Numbered from the stretch's first letter, positions 42,518-55,197 are shown. The stretch: 64,000 nucleotides of DNA from Eledone cirrhosa (GCA_964016885.1 OZ024745.1:60450001-60514000); one strand, 5' to 3'. Numbers and translations are program-made. The notes: generated by a model from the sequence alone, not told the origin.

Positions 42518-43789
42518 CAGGGTGCGGACGATAAATAACACAGTAGTTTTATTTTTTAAGATATATTTATCAAACTTGGGTCAGTTTGCCTTCATGACTT
42601 GTTTCGATCTCACTCGATAAACCCGCCATTGGCTTTGATGACGGCCTCAAGGCGGCCTCGGAACCGGCTACAGGCCTTCGTCACTGTCCCCCGACTTAGG
42701 CCCCTAAAGGCACTTGTGATCCTGGCCTTCAGATCGTCTTTCGTATTGCAGCTAGATCTGTTGGTGTCTCGTTCCACTACGCCCCACACAAAGAAGTCGA
42801 GGGGGTTGCAGTCAGGCGAGCTGGGAGGCCAGATGTCAGGTGAAGTGTGGTCGACGAAGTTCTCTGACAGCCAGGCTTGGGTCTTCCGGCTGGTATGGCA
42901 GGGCGCTGAGTCTTGCTGCCACACGTACGGCCTACCTGCAGCTACCTGGTCGATCCAGGGCTTTACTACCTCGCCCAGAACGCGGATGTAGTCATCGGTG
43001 CTCAGCTTGAGGCCCTCAGAGAAGTGAGGTGGCATGACGTCACCTTGACTGCTAACGACACCTAAGACCAATGTTGTCGCTGGAAACTCTGTCTGCATGA
43101 CTGTGGGCACGTCTTTGGATGAGACAGCGAGCCACCTGTTGTTCTGGGAGTTGATCTTCTGGTCTTGGCAGAAGTTTTTCTCGTCGGAGAAAAACCACAG
43201 CATGTCTGGCTCCAGTGGGTGATTCAACTTGTTGATCAGCTTCTTTGCGTGCTTCAGTCGCTTTTCTTGCATCGCCTTCGACAGAAATTGTCCTTTCCTC
43301 ATCTTGTATGAAACGTAGCGAATGTCTTCATGTACCACCAGCCTAATGAGCTTTTCGTCCACGCCTTTCTCCCTTGCAACGGCACGCATCGATTTGCTAG
43401 GTTCATTGTTGATGATATCCTGAACTTCAGCGACGAACTCGGGCGTTCTGAGGGAGTCAGATCGTCGATCATGTGTTTTCCTCTCCGATGTTGCTTCGTA
43501 GTCGAATCCTGAATCTTCCAATTCCTTTCTGACCTTTTCCACCATTCTCCTGCTGACGCTGAGAAAATCTGAAATTTCCTTATTTGTCCTCCCGGCGCGG
43601 ATTCCAAGAAGAACTCCGCGTCTCTTCCACACATTTGGAGGTTCAAAATTATTCATAATCAATTATTCTGAAAATAAATAATGGAAATATAGTCACTGTT
43701 TTTATGAAGACAAGAGTGACAACGGAAGTAAAAAAATTTTGCATAAAATTAGCAGTTGAAAATTGCGAACAAATATCGTCCACACCCTG
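42518..43789 (-). mobile_element. Tc1/mariner DD37D (maT) transposon
   Basis: TIRs cagggtgcggacgata / tatcgtccacaccctg; TA TSD; empty site present in the H1 paralog at ~12921. Confidence 0.93.
42610..43662 (-). CDS. DD37D transposase, ~350 aa, apparently open
   Basis: FSDEK, QQDSAPCH, WPPSSPDCNPLD; 37 residues between the second and third D. Confidence 0.88.
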   Translation of the reverse strand: MIMNNFEPPNVWKRRGVLLGIRAGRTNKEISDFLSVSRRMVEKVRKELEDSGFDYEATSERKTHDRRSDSLRTPEFVAEVQDIINNEPSKSMRAVAREKGVDEKLIRLVVHEDIRYVSYKMRKGQFLSKAMQEKRLKHAKKLINKLNHPLEPDMLWFFSDEKNFCQDQKINSQNNRWLAVSSKDVPTVMQTEFPATTLVLGVVSSQGDVMPPHFSEGLKLSTDDYIRVLGEVVKPWIDQVAAGRPYVWQQDSAPCHTSRKTQAWLSENFVDHTSPDIWPPSSPDCNPLDFFVWGVVERDTNRSSCNTKDDLKARITSAFRGLSRGTVTKACSRFRGRLEAVIKANGGFIE

Positions 43790-45716
43790 TAAATATCCTT
43801 TAGTAAGGATTCCGGTTGTACAGCAGGTAGTTGGCAAAATACAACGTCAAGCGTACAAAATAAGTTTGACAGTTCTAAAGGTAAACGCTTATTTATACAT
43901 TACGCGCGAACGTCGTAGAAGACACATCAACAGTGCGACCACCTTTCACAAATATGGTAGCCGAAATACAACAACTGTGTTTCTTGTCTATATGTTTCCT
44001 GAGTAAGCTACTAGAATTTCTAATGGAAACCTGCCCAATATACCCAGATCCTAAAGAAAAAAACATTTGGCTATATTCTACCGTAAGAATTATGTTTGAA
44101 TGACACTTCTGGCATATAATATTACTATAAATATGTTGTGTTGTCTACTCTAAAAATTCTGCATAGACTTCGATCAAACCCGAAGTTTAAGCTTTTCGTT
44201 GGTATGCTTACGTTTTTTCTGCTAAAATTTCGAAGAATAGTCATATCTGAAACATTCCTTTGTAAAATCATACATTTAAACGAGAATACAAGTCAGATAC
44301 AAAAGGTTTAATTGCAACTAACAAACAATTTTTCTATACCGATCCGCCATTTTCTCTTCTAACAGTTTTCAGTCGATAAAAATATTCTTTTTATATTTTG
44401 TTATAAAGTTGACATTATTTTTCCTAAATCACAAGACAATTGTATTGTTGATTATATTTCTCTAGTAAATGGTCACATAAAGTTGTTATTGCTTAGTTTA
44501 AATCAGTTTTATTGATTAGAAATCAAGTCTGTACACCACATACTGTAACAACACGGCTTCTTCGTTGAACTACTCTGTTCTAAGATGTGAGAATATTTTT
44601 CCTGTTATAATTTGATAAATTGTTTCAAAATGTATTTCCATTTTAATAAATAAGTTTTTCAATATTATTACACTTTGTATTTTTTATGTTGTTTCCATTC
44701 GTAATATATGTAGTAGTGATTTACAATGAAAGAAAAATATTTATGATGTATTTTTCATATTTTGCTGACGTGAGAGAGACTATTTTTACAGAATCTTTCC
44801 AAATATTTTCATCATACTTGTTATTAGTAAAATTATTTCAAATACTATATTTTGATGCATTATATTTGGGAGGTTCCTAGAAATAGTTAATTATTATTAT
44901 ATTTATTATATATGTTTAAATTCGTGTATATATTTTCATTCCGAAAGAATTGTGAACAATTTCTAATGTTATTTCATGCAACTGTGAATAAAATGTACAT
45001 ACATCTCTGACAACTGATTTAACTAGAATATAAACGTTAAAAAAATATATATATACTTAACTAAAGAATTTACCTAAGTTTCCAGAAACATTGTTTATTA
45101 TATTTCCAAACATATCTCATTCTCTATATTTTGGCTCGATACTCATCTTCTCCCGATCCAGCAATATCTCATGATAGATGTACACATAAATAACATTACA
45201 AATCGTTTGCTATTCTTTCAGAATGAAAATATAAACAGACCATATAAATAAATTTACAGTAGAATAACATAACAAATATGTTTTAAATATATACATAAAT
45301 AACATTACAAATACTTCAATAACATTATAAATAGTTCCCGATTCATTCAGAATGATATATTCTTTTAATGTTACAATATTAAAGAAAATGTAAAGGAAGG
45401 GATGAACAACCGAGCCAACACCAGAGCAAAGACAGCAACGTCGCGAGGAGTACTGGTCAACATTTCTAATGATTTTTTAGACAAGTCAGCACACTCGCAA
45501 CGTTGCCTCGGGTGATGTATATAAGTATATATATTTAATACATTAACAGAGAAAGCTTTAAGCAATACTCCGACCGACATCCATCTCACTCAACAAACAT
45601 TAGGATATATACCCGAGTATAATCCCAATTATATGTTTGGGGTGCTAACTATATTGTATTTTGCAGATAGCAGGCTGTATTATTTTATATGAGACATAAT
45701 TAAATACATCTCTCTT

Positions 45717-45839
45717 TCCAAACGATCGTTTCGTTATAAGTTTTCTACAAATTGGGAAAATAATGTCCAGGTTATGTAGAAGCCTGCATATAGTCCATAG
45801 GTATACATGCAGGTTCGGCACTTATCACTCATCAGTGGA
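45717..45839 (-). ncRNA. Type I hammerhead ribozyme with branched stem II
   Basis: UCCA CUGAUGA GUGAUAAGU..ACUUAUAAC GAAA CGAUCG UU UGGA; internal hairpin CCUGCAU/AUGCAGG. Confidence 0.82.
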
Positions 45840-46169
45840 TGCCCAGTAATATCAATATAAAAAACCATACCAATATTAATATTCAGCGATGGTCCCCGTC
45901 AGTGCTAGAATGACCGCCAAATTTGAAATTCCAGCAGTCTCACAAAAAGAAATTTCACACTGTCTCCCCAAACGGGAAGGGGAGGTTATCGTAAAACATA
46001 AAATAATATATACGTAGGTCAATTAATTCTGTCATGAATTTTAACCACGCGTGAAAAAAATAAATATATGTATGTATTATTTATACACACATAGATGTAT
46101 TTTTTCAGGCAAAAATGGACATGAGATACAAGACAAACAATATATATATATATATATATATATGTTTTA

Positions 46170-46247
46170 AATTGCCTTGTCCAATGAACGAATGAGGACG
46201 TTTTTCGTATTCGTCTTATTCGGGAAACCTCTGGTAATGAGGTAATT
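46170..46247 (+). ncRNA. Hammerhead variant (core CCAAUGA)
   Basis: 11-bp stem I AAUUGCCUUGU/AUGAGGUAAUU; stem II CGAAUGAGGACG/CGUCUUAUUCG; GAAA CC-UCU-GG UA. Confidence 0.7.
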
Positions 46248-46649
46248 ATATTGTATTGTTTATTATACATTAAATTTAGCTCTGGTACCTACATAGAGCA
46301 CTCTTCACTCCTATGACTTTTTCAATTTTCAACGGAAACTTCAATACTTATATATGTATATATATATATATGTATAAATATATATATGTATATTTATTTA
46401 CATATACAGTATATTTATATATCTATCTTTCTTCTTTCTTCAATAATTTAAATTATTTGAATCTCTAACAGTTATGTAAATTGCTATTATGTATTTTTAA
46501 GCTCTCTCACACGCACCCTCTGTATTATATGTACATTTTTTCATGTCTCAATCTTAAGGTATATAAATATTGAGTTTTGTCAAATCTTATTCACTGCCAT
46601 GACTGAATCTTAACCATCTACTAAGTCAGGGTATGTCATGCATCATCTT

Positions 46650-46714
46650 ATTTTATCTGATGAGGACGTACAGTTGAAGATAGCTCAGTACCTCTGAAAA
46701 ATGTATAATAAAAT
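46650..46714 (+). ncRNA. Type I hammerhead ribozyme
   Basis: AUUUUAU CUGAUGA GGACGUAC..GUACCUCU GAAA AAUGUA UA AUAAAAU. Confidence 0.72.
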
Positions 46715-46992
46715 ATACTTGATCACACGAATGTCTATTTTTGTTAATATTTTGAATTAATATTAATAACTCCGGAAAACCATCACTGTTCAGTGCTTCT
46801 AATCTATTGTAAAACTCATTCTTTGATTTATTCATTGAACCTTGTTTAACCTTTAAATATATACATATATAATGTATATATATATATATATATAAAGTAT
46901 ATATATATGTATACTGTATATGTAAATAAATATATATATATATATAAAGTATATATATGTATACTGTATATGTAAATAAATATATATATATG

Positions 46993-47065
<73 letters not shown>

Positions 47066-47997
47066 GGCATACGTCAAGACGGGCGGTCTCAAAAGTGAAA
47101 CTAATTTTTGACAGATACGATTGTGAATTTGTTTGTTTTTTTACAACAGGTCTCAATAGTGAAAGTATAATACAGACACGCAATTGTATGGATTTCTTAA
47201 TATATATATATGTGTGGGTGTGTATATATATATATACAGAGAGACAGATAGGGGGGGGGGTTATTAATCGAAGCATAGATCCCTTATTCTCTGTCCTTCT
47301 TATGACCCTACCTTAATTTCTTTGGGGACAGAGAGTTGGTGCCAACAAGTTTGGCGAGATGATCAACTGTATTTCAGCTATTTATAGGGTGTAATAAGGA
47401 TTTTCAATATTTCTTTCTTTCAACACACAATGTCATTATTTTTAAAAAAAAACATACAATTGTGTACATGCATATATATATACATCTGCAAATTCATACA
47501 AATGTGTATGTGTGCATAAATATATATATACATACACATATATATATATACAGACACATATATATACACACAAACACACATATATATACACACAAACACA
47601 TATATACACAGAAACATATATATACGTCTAAACCCATGCTTGCGTTGAAGATAGACGTTGGATGAAGGAAAGACGAGACAAAGTGTATGTATATATATAT
47701 ATACACATGTGTGTGTGTGTGTGTGTGTGTTTGTTTATATGTGTGTGTGTATATCTACTTGGTTCTTCACTACTCCAAATCTATGCTTCGATTAATAACC
47801 CCCCCCCCCCCCCCTATCTGTCTCTCTGTATATATATATACACACCCACACATATATATATATTAAGAAATCCATACAATTGCGTGTCTGCATTATACTT
47901 TCACTATTGAGACCTGTTGTAAAAAAACAAACAAATTCACAATCGTATCTGTCAAAAATTAGTTTCACTTTTGAGACCGCCCGTCTTGACGTATGCC
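47066..47997. repeat. Inverted repeat, ~215-bp arms (47066-47280 / 47779-47997)
   Basis: Arms are reverse complements; both outer ends abut TA tracts. Confidence 0.9.
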
Positions 47998-48276
47998 TAT
48001 ATAAAGTATATATATATATACTGTATATCTAAATAAATATATATATATATATATAAATATAAATTTAGCGAGAATTACATTTCGGCGGGTAGAAATTAGC
48101 GAAACGCAACTTCCGTATTGTGCAGACAAGCGCTCCATGGATATGAAGAAGATACTAGAGCTATAAACATGAGTTAAAATGGTCATACACGCTGAGACGA
48201 TGGTTAAGAAGCCATTAACCACCTTAGCCAAAAAAGCGAACAAGCTAAACGGGTCAAACAAAATGAGATATGATTG

Positions 48277-48340
<64 letters not shown>

Positions 48341-48421
48341 ATATATATATGTATATTTATATATATATATGATTATATATATATATGTATATATATATAT
48401 ATGTATATATAAATGTATATA

Positions 48422-48511
<90 letters not shown>

Positions 48512-48767
48512 AAGTATATGTATACTGTATATGTAAATAAATATATATATATATTTATGTAAATAAATATATATATTTATATTTATGTAAATAAATATAT
48601 ATATGTATGTAAATAAATATATATATTTATATTTATGTAAATAAATATATATATATATATATTTAAGTAAATAAATATATATATATATATTTATGTAAAT
48701 AAATAAATATATGTATGTATATACATATACAACATAAATAATGAAATTGTGTTTAAAACATTTAATA

Positions 48768-48812
48768 GCTTACGATCGTTTCTTACAGATATAAGTCTGA
48801 TATCATCGGAGC
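48768..48812 (-). ncRNA. Hammerhead variant (core CCGAUGA)
   Basis: GCU CCGAUGA UAUCAGA-CUUAUA-UCUGUAA GAAA CGAUCG UA AGC. Confidence 0.72.
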
Positions 48813-49761
48813 ATGTTAAAACAAATATATTCCTCTTCACTTGAATATTTAGCAGGATACATTATAGGTGAGAAGACTAAGTATAAGTATTAACATCAAT
48901 ATATTACAGAGTAAGAGCATAAAAATAGAACAGACATAAAAATTGTAATGAAAAATTATAATAGTGCTATAATATAAATAATTGGAGGTATAGGTTATAT
49001 ATAAGGGTATGGTTATTAATTATAGCAAAAATTATGACAAGAATATTATAGCAAAAATATCAATTACCATAGAGTACGTGCAATATGTGTAATGTAAGCA
49101 GAATGGTATAATGAAAGCATATATTGTAGGTATTAAAAATTTATAAATGTCAGAGGATATATTGATTTTAAGCAAAAGGTTTTATAATATTAGTCATAAT
49201 ATCCATGCAATAGAATATATAGCCCATACATACAAAGCCAAAAAGCATAGAGTACAGAAATATAGAGTTTGAAAACATAATCCAAAAATATAGAGCTTAA
49301 GAAGCTTTTCATTAAGGTAACAATGTAAGTACCAATCCAATGTTAGTGTGGCTGTCATAAAAAATGTTTTAATTCTATAAATACAATCAATACTGTCACC
49401 TCCATTCAGTAAACGACATCGAGTGACTATAGGTAGTTAAGACAATTGATGCTCGACATATCATGCTCATACAGAACCGATTTTGGCTTGGTTTCTATAG
49501 CTGGATGCCTTTGCTAGCGCTAACCTCATTTATAGTGAGTACTGGGTGCTTTTTGCATGACACCTACACGACCACTATACAGTGTGGACTGGGTTCTTTT
49601 TTCCGTGACACCTACACGACCAATTTACAGATTGTGCTGGGCGCTTTTTGCCGTGTCACCATCATGACCACTTTACAGTGTGGGCTGGGGGTTTCACTGG
49701 ATGTATACTTCAGCTTGTCCTCGTGGGAGATGTGTGTATATATATATTGTGTATATATATT

Positions 49762-49848
<87 letters not shown>

Positions 49849-49849
<1 letters not shown>

Positions 49850-50695
49850 CAAAATTTAGTTAAATTAAGGGAGTCATGTGCGAGACATGCGCCATATCCA
49901 CCGTAGAATAAGCTCAAAGGTTCCAATGAATAGATCCGAGCATTTTATATCAACTAGAAATTGATTGACATATATATATATTTAAAATAAACATGAAACA
50001 ATCACAGGGGATAATTTGTACAATGTGTAAGCACACACAGCTAGGTAGGTAACTAATTAAAGTTTAACTAGAACTTCAAATATTACCTTTTAAAAATGAT
50101 AAATCTTCCTTGTATATATTTCATTATAGAAATACATTTCACCAATTAATCCGTAAACTCACAGTAGTCAAATGCCGGATCTTCAGCAAGGAGAAGATTC
50201 AACGGTGGATATGGCACATGTCTTGGACATGACTCCCTTAATTTAACTAAATTTTGGATATATACACGGCCCCTTAATTGTAGAGCTAACTCAGTTGAAA
50301 GGATTCGGCTGCTATTTCCAGCTGTCGATAACCCTATTCACGCCACTGGGATGACGCTGGTACTATGTGTGTAGATTGAGGGATGCAACATGTGCGACCG
50401 GTCATTCGCAGATTTGTATTTGATATGTAAACGCAGATAGTTGAATCTTCTCCTTGCTGAAGATCCAAGATTTGACTACTGTGAGTTTACGGATTAATTG
50501 GTGAAATATATTTTTATAATGAAATATATACAAGGAAGATTAATCATTTTTAAAAGGTAATATTTGAAGTTCTAGTTAAACTTTAATTAGTTACCTACCT
50601 AGATATGAGTGCTTACACATTGTACAAATTATACCCTGTGATTGTTTCATGTGTTTATTTTCAATATATATATATGTCAATTTCTAGTTGATATA
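49849..50695. repeat. Interleaved double inverted repeat (49849-49904/50202-50257; 49946-50203/50440-50695)
   Basis: Reverse-complement arms. Confidence 0.88.
50444..50541 (+). ncRNA. Hammerhead ribozyme with long stem III (mirror copy 50102-50199, minus)
   Basis: UCCUUG/CAAGGA stem I; CUGAAGA; UCCAA..UUGGU; GAAA; 9-bp stem III; AUA site. Confidence 0.8.
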
Positions 50696-50700
50696 TATTA

Positions 50701-50769
<69 letters not shown>

Positions 50770-51009
50770 TGTATATATATATTAATATATATTAATGTAT
50801 ATATATATCATCATTCATCATCATTTCATTTTACGTCCGCTTTTTCCCTGCTTGCAAGGGTGGGACGGGAACTGATTCTGGCTTGATTTCTACAGCTGGA
50901 TGCCCTTCCTAACACCAACCACATTTACAGTGAGTGCTGGGTGCTTTTTTGCCGTGGCGCCTTCATGACCACTTTGTAATGAAATGATATGGACCCCTGT
51001 CCCTATCAT

Positions 51010-51153
51010 CTCATTTTTACAGCTGAGTAAACTGGAGCAATGTGAAATAAAGTGTCTTGCTCAAGGAAACAACACATCACCCGGTCTGAGAATTGAACTC
51101 ACAACCTTTCGATTGCAAGCCCAATGCCCTAACCACTAAGCCATGTGCCTCCA
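51010..51153 (-). mobile_element. tRNA-derived SINE
   Basis: A-box tggcttagtgg, B-box gttcaattc, core ccttgagcaagacact. Confidence 0.8.
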
Positions 51154-51519
51154 CATCGTCTCCGCTTGCAACTAACTGCCCCAACGAACTCATCTCCGCC
51201 TTTCTCGACTCCATCCTCGCCCCCCTTGTCACCACCCTCTCCTCCCACATCTCCGACACCAACCACGCCCTGCGCCTTTTCGACTCCTTCACCTACCCAC
51301 CCGGCCCACAGCCCTTCCTCTTCACCCTAGACATCAAGTCCCTCTATACCGTCATCCATCCCCCACGCCGACGGCCTACGCGCCCTCAAACACTACCTCG
51401 ACCTTCTCCCCTCCCCCATTCCCTCCACCGCCACCCTCCTTCGCCTCGCCGAGCTGGTCCTCACCCTCAATTGTTTCTCCTTCTCGGGTGAGTTTTACCA
51501 ACAGGTCACGGGGGTAGCC

Positions 51520-52677
51520 ATGGGTACAAGAATGGGCCCGAACTATGCCAACCTTTTTGTTGGCCATGTTGAGGCCCAAATCTTTGCCCAGTACACCGGC
51601 CCCACGCCCGAACTGTACGGTCGTTACATTGACGGCTGTATCGGAACCACGACCCTCACCCGAGAACAGCTCGACTCCTTCCTCTCCTTCTTCTGCTCCT
51701 TCCACCCCTCCCTCCACTTCACCACCTCTATCTCCACCACCCACGTCCACTTCTTAGACATCTCCGTCGCCTTCGACCCCTCCCACCACTCCCTCGTCAC
51801 CTCCGCCTTCTTCACACCCACCGACTCCCACTCTTACCTCGACTTCACCTCTTCCCACCCCACCCACACTAAACACTCCATTCCCTACTCCCAACTCCTC
51901 AGGATCCGCCGCCTCTGTAGCCGAGATGCTGACTTCGAGTCCCAGGCCCTTTCCCTAGTCAGCCATTTCAGAGGTTACCCCCCCCCCCCCCTATTCCACA
52001 CCGCTCTCACCCGCGCCCGTGCTGTCCACCGCTCCACCACCCTCACCCCACGCCACCGCACACCCACCCACCGTCGCCCCTTCCCCATCACCTACCACCC
52101 CTCCACTTACCCCTCCACCGCACCATCCGCCGCCTCTTCCGACGCCTCCAGTCCGACCCCTCCACCTCCCACATCTTCCCAACCCACCACTCCCCTCCTT
52201 CAAACGCGCACGCAATCTCCGCACCCTCCTCGTCCACAGCTCCCTACCTCCCCCCCCCCCGGTTCCTTTCCCTGTTCTAGGCCCCGCTGCAACACCTGTC
52301 CCCACATCACCAACACCACCACCTTCCAGGGTCCCAACGGCCACTCTCTCTCTGTCCGGCATGCCTTCCGGTGCACCTCCTCCAACCTAGTCTACGGAAT
52401 TCGCTGCACGGAGTGCAGCGCGACTTACGTCGGACAGACGGGACGTCGCCTGGCGGACCGATTCACTGAGCACCTCCGGGATATTCGTCTCGGTGGTAGT
52501 TCCCCCATCGCCCGCCACTTTGGTGCCCCTGGACATTCCGCACGCCATCTCACAGTCTGTGGCCTACTCCAATGCCACGGAACACCCGCCAATCTCCTCA
52601 GAGTCGAACAAAGAACCATCTTCATCTTACAGACCCACACTCCCCCCGGCCTGAACTCCCCACCCTTATTCCTTTAG
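51520..52677 (+). pseudogene. PLE RT/GIY-YIG polyprotein remnant
   Basis: ORF track 385 aa; catalytic DD reads DG; apparent local frameshifts. Confidence 0.85.
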
Positions 52678-54168
52678 CCTTCGACCTCCCCCCTCCCCCC
52701 ACACATATCCCCCACTAACACCACTAACACACCCCTCCTTTTCACCGCCCACCCCACAACTAACAATACTAACACCTCCACTCCACCCCTCATCTGACCA
52801 CCCTTCCCCAACTAACATACTAACATCCCTCCCTTCTTCCCCCCCTCCGTATCACACGCACACACCCACCGGCACATATATACACGCGCTCACACTAAAC
52901 ACACACCCTACTACCACCACTAACCCTCACCCCCACACCTCCATCCCACCACCCCGCAACTAACATCACTAACACCCCCTGACCCCAAGCACACGAACAC
53001 ACGCACCCACTTACACCACCCACCCCACACGCAACTAACATCACTAACACCCCCCAACCCCACGCACACGTACCCACACACCCTTGTACACCACCAACTC
53101 TACACACCCTACCACCACTAACCCCCACTCACACCTGCATTCAACCCTTTCCCCACCTCCCGTATACTAACACCCACTAACACCCCCTTCATCAAACTAA
53201 ACACACACCAGTACACCACACTCTCTCCATCGACCCCCACACCCTTCTCTCCCCGCTCCACCCACACCCTTTCTCCACACTTACTCATCCCACTAACACC
53301 TCTACTAATACACACACACACCCTCCTCACTCCAACTTTCACACCTACCCATCCTCGCCCCTTTACCATTCCACCCGACTGCTGCTATGCCCTCTGACCA
53401 CCTCCCAGCACAAACAGACACACAGCACTCCCACCGCCTTGACCACTTCCTGTTGCGCGCGCACCCCACATCTCTCCTCTTCCGACCATCTCTTCATGGA
53501 ATACTCGTATGTGGAACTTGACCACCGTGGAATCTACTAACATCATAGGATTTTACCAACATTTCAACCACATCCTCTTACGGAATCACCTATATAACTC
53601 ACCCACACACACACCCCAACATTTTTTTTCTCCCACACGCCACCTACACCCACAACACGCTTAAACCCTACACACACGTGCTTTCCACCACATATTTACA
53701 CCTTCAGCCTCCGGATTCCTCTCCCCCCACCCCCTCTATCCACACACGCACAGACACTCCGACCTATACCCCACCCCACACACACCTCTTCCTGAACATG
53801 CAACCCCGTTCTTCCCCCAACCCTTGCTTTCACATACACACACACACACACACACACGTACACCTACACACACACACCACCTTCAGCCCTCCCCGCTCGG
53901 ACACCCCGTCTCCCTCTCCCCACTCCACTCGCCACCACCCCTACACACCCACACCCGCCCACCACCTGTTTTACCCCTTTTTAATTTCAGTTTATTTTGA
54001 TCATGCTTTTATATTTATTTTTATTTCATTTCATTTTATTTTGATCATGCTTTATTTTTATTTTTATTTTTAATTTCCTTCGCACCGTTTCCTCCCACCC
54101 TCTTTTCGCTATATGTCTCTCCACCACTCCCCTACACATCCTTTGAACTCTCTTCCCACACACTTCTC

Positions 54169-54200
54169 ACCTGAGGAAGGGCTTATGCCCGAAACGTCGT
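54169..54200 (+). ncRNA. Minimal hammerhead-like motif of the PLE pLTR
   Basis: CUGAGGA A GGGC-UUAU-GCCC GAAA CG UC; stem I only 2 bp. Confidence 0.65.
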
Positions 54201-54328
54201 TCTCCACCACCACCCCACTCTCCAGAGCGTGAAATTAATAAACATTCGTTGTACTGCCCTCTCTGTTTTGTTCCTGTTCAAATTTTCCATTATTTATATA
54301 TATATATATATATTAATATATATATATA

Positions 54329-54408
<80 letters not shown>

Positions 54409-54580
54409 TATAAATAGTATTAATTGTACTATTTATGGTTATGAAAATACAAAAACCTTTAGCAGTTATATGTATTTTTTATACAAACCCTAAATAGTGG
54501 TAGGCAGTAATGTATTACTAGCTTATTACCAGTAAGTTAAGTAGCTCAATGTAAAAACATCAGATGATTTACAGAGCAGT

Positions 54581-54926
54581 TATATGAAATATAAGAATCA
54601 AAGAACTGTTCAAAACATTATTGTGCTTACAGCTGTTTCCTCCAAACCGAGGTTTGGATTCTTCGGAGCAATTTATTAATGAATGGACAGTTATATGACC
54701 TCCTTTTCAGCCAAGAGACATACCGATACATATGCAAATATTGTGGGTCAACATGTTGACCCACAATATTTGCATATGTATCGGTATGTCTCTTGGCTGA
54801 AAAGGAGGTCATATAACTGTCCATTCATTAATAAATTGCTCCGAAGAATCCAAACCTCGGTTTGGAGGAAACAGCTGTAAGCACAATAATGTTTTGAACA
54901 GTTCTTTGATTCTTATATTTCATATA
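54581..54926. repeat. Perfect 346-bp palindrome with no spacer
   Basis: Centre at 54753/54754 (acatgt); identical 65-aa ORFs on both strands in the track. Confidence 0.95.
54837..54883 (+). ncRNA. Hammerhead variant, core CCGAAGA (mirror 54624-54670, minus)
   Basis: UGCU CCGAAGA A UCCAAAC-CUCG-GUUUGGA G GAAA CAGCUG UA AGCA. Confidence 0.8.
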
Positions 54927-55002
<76 letters not shown>

Positions 55003-55039
55003 TATATATATATATATATATATATTAATATATATATTA

Positions 55040-55197
55040 ATGACTAGGAGTAGGAAGCTGTCATTCCCTGACGTTTTCTCTAAGGATACGGGAATCAGTA
55101 GACAGGACCTGGTGGCAGCGATGGGGGACAGGGAATTCTGGGGCATGAGAGTGAGATCCGTCATCACGACAGTAGTCGACGAATGATGATGATGATG
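55040..55197 (+). mobile_element. Short LINE 3' end with (tga)n tail inside a TA tract
   Basis: LSFPDVFSKDTGI..AAMGDREFW resembles the C-terminus of the RTE at 61649. Confidence 0.6.

Larger units (their letters stand above)
51157..54295 (+). mobile_element. 5'-truncated Penelope-like element (Neptune-like): RT + GIY-YIG, C-rich 3' region, HHR-like motif, ends at (TA)n
   Basis: LDIKSLYT, AMGTRMGPNYAN, RYIDG, FLDI, SSHP, SIPYSQ, CxxxxCxxC linker, NLVYGIRC..YVGQTGR..RFTEH; aataaa near 54237. Confidence 0.9.

Noticed and set aside
51010-51153. tRNA gene
   Set aside because: A/B boxes are followed by a SINE core; no complete cloverleaf
54627-54880. Identical 65-aa ORFs on both strands
   Set aside because: A by-product of the perfect palindrome
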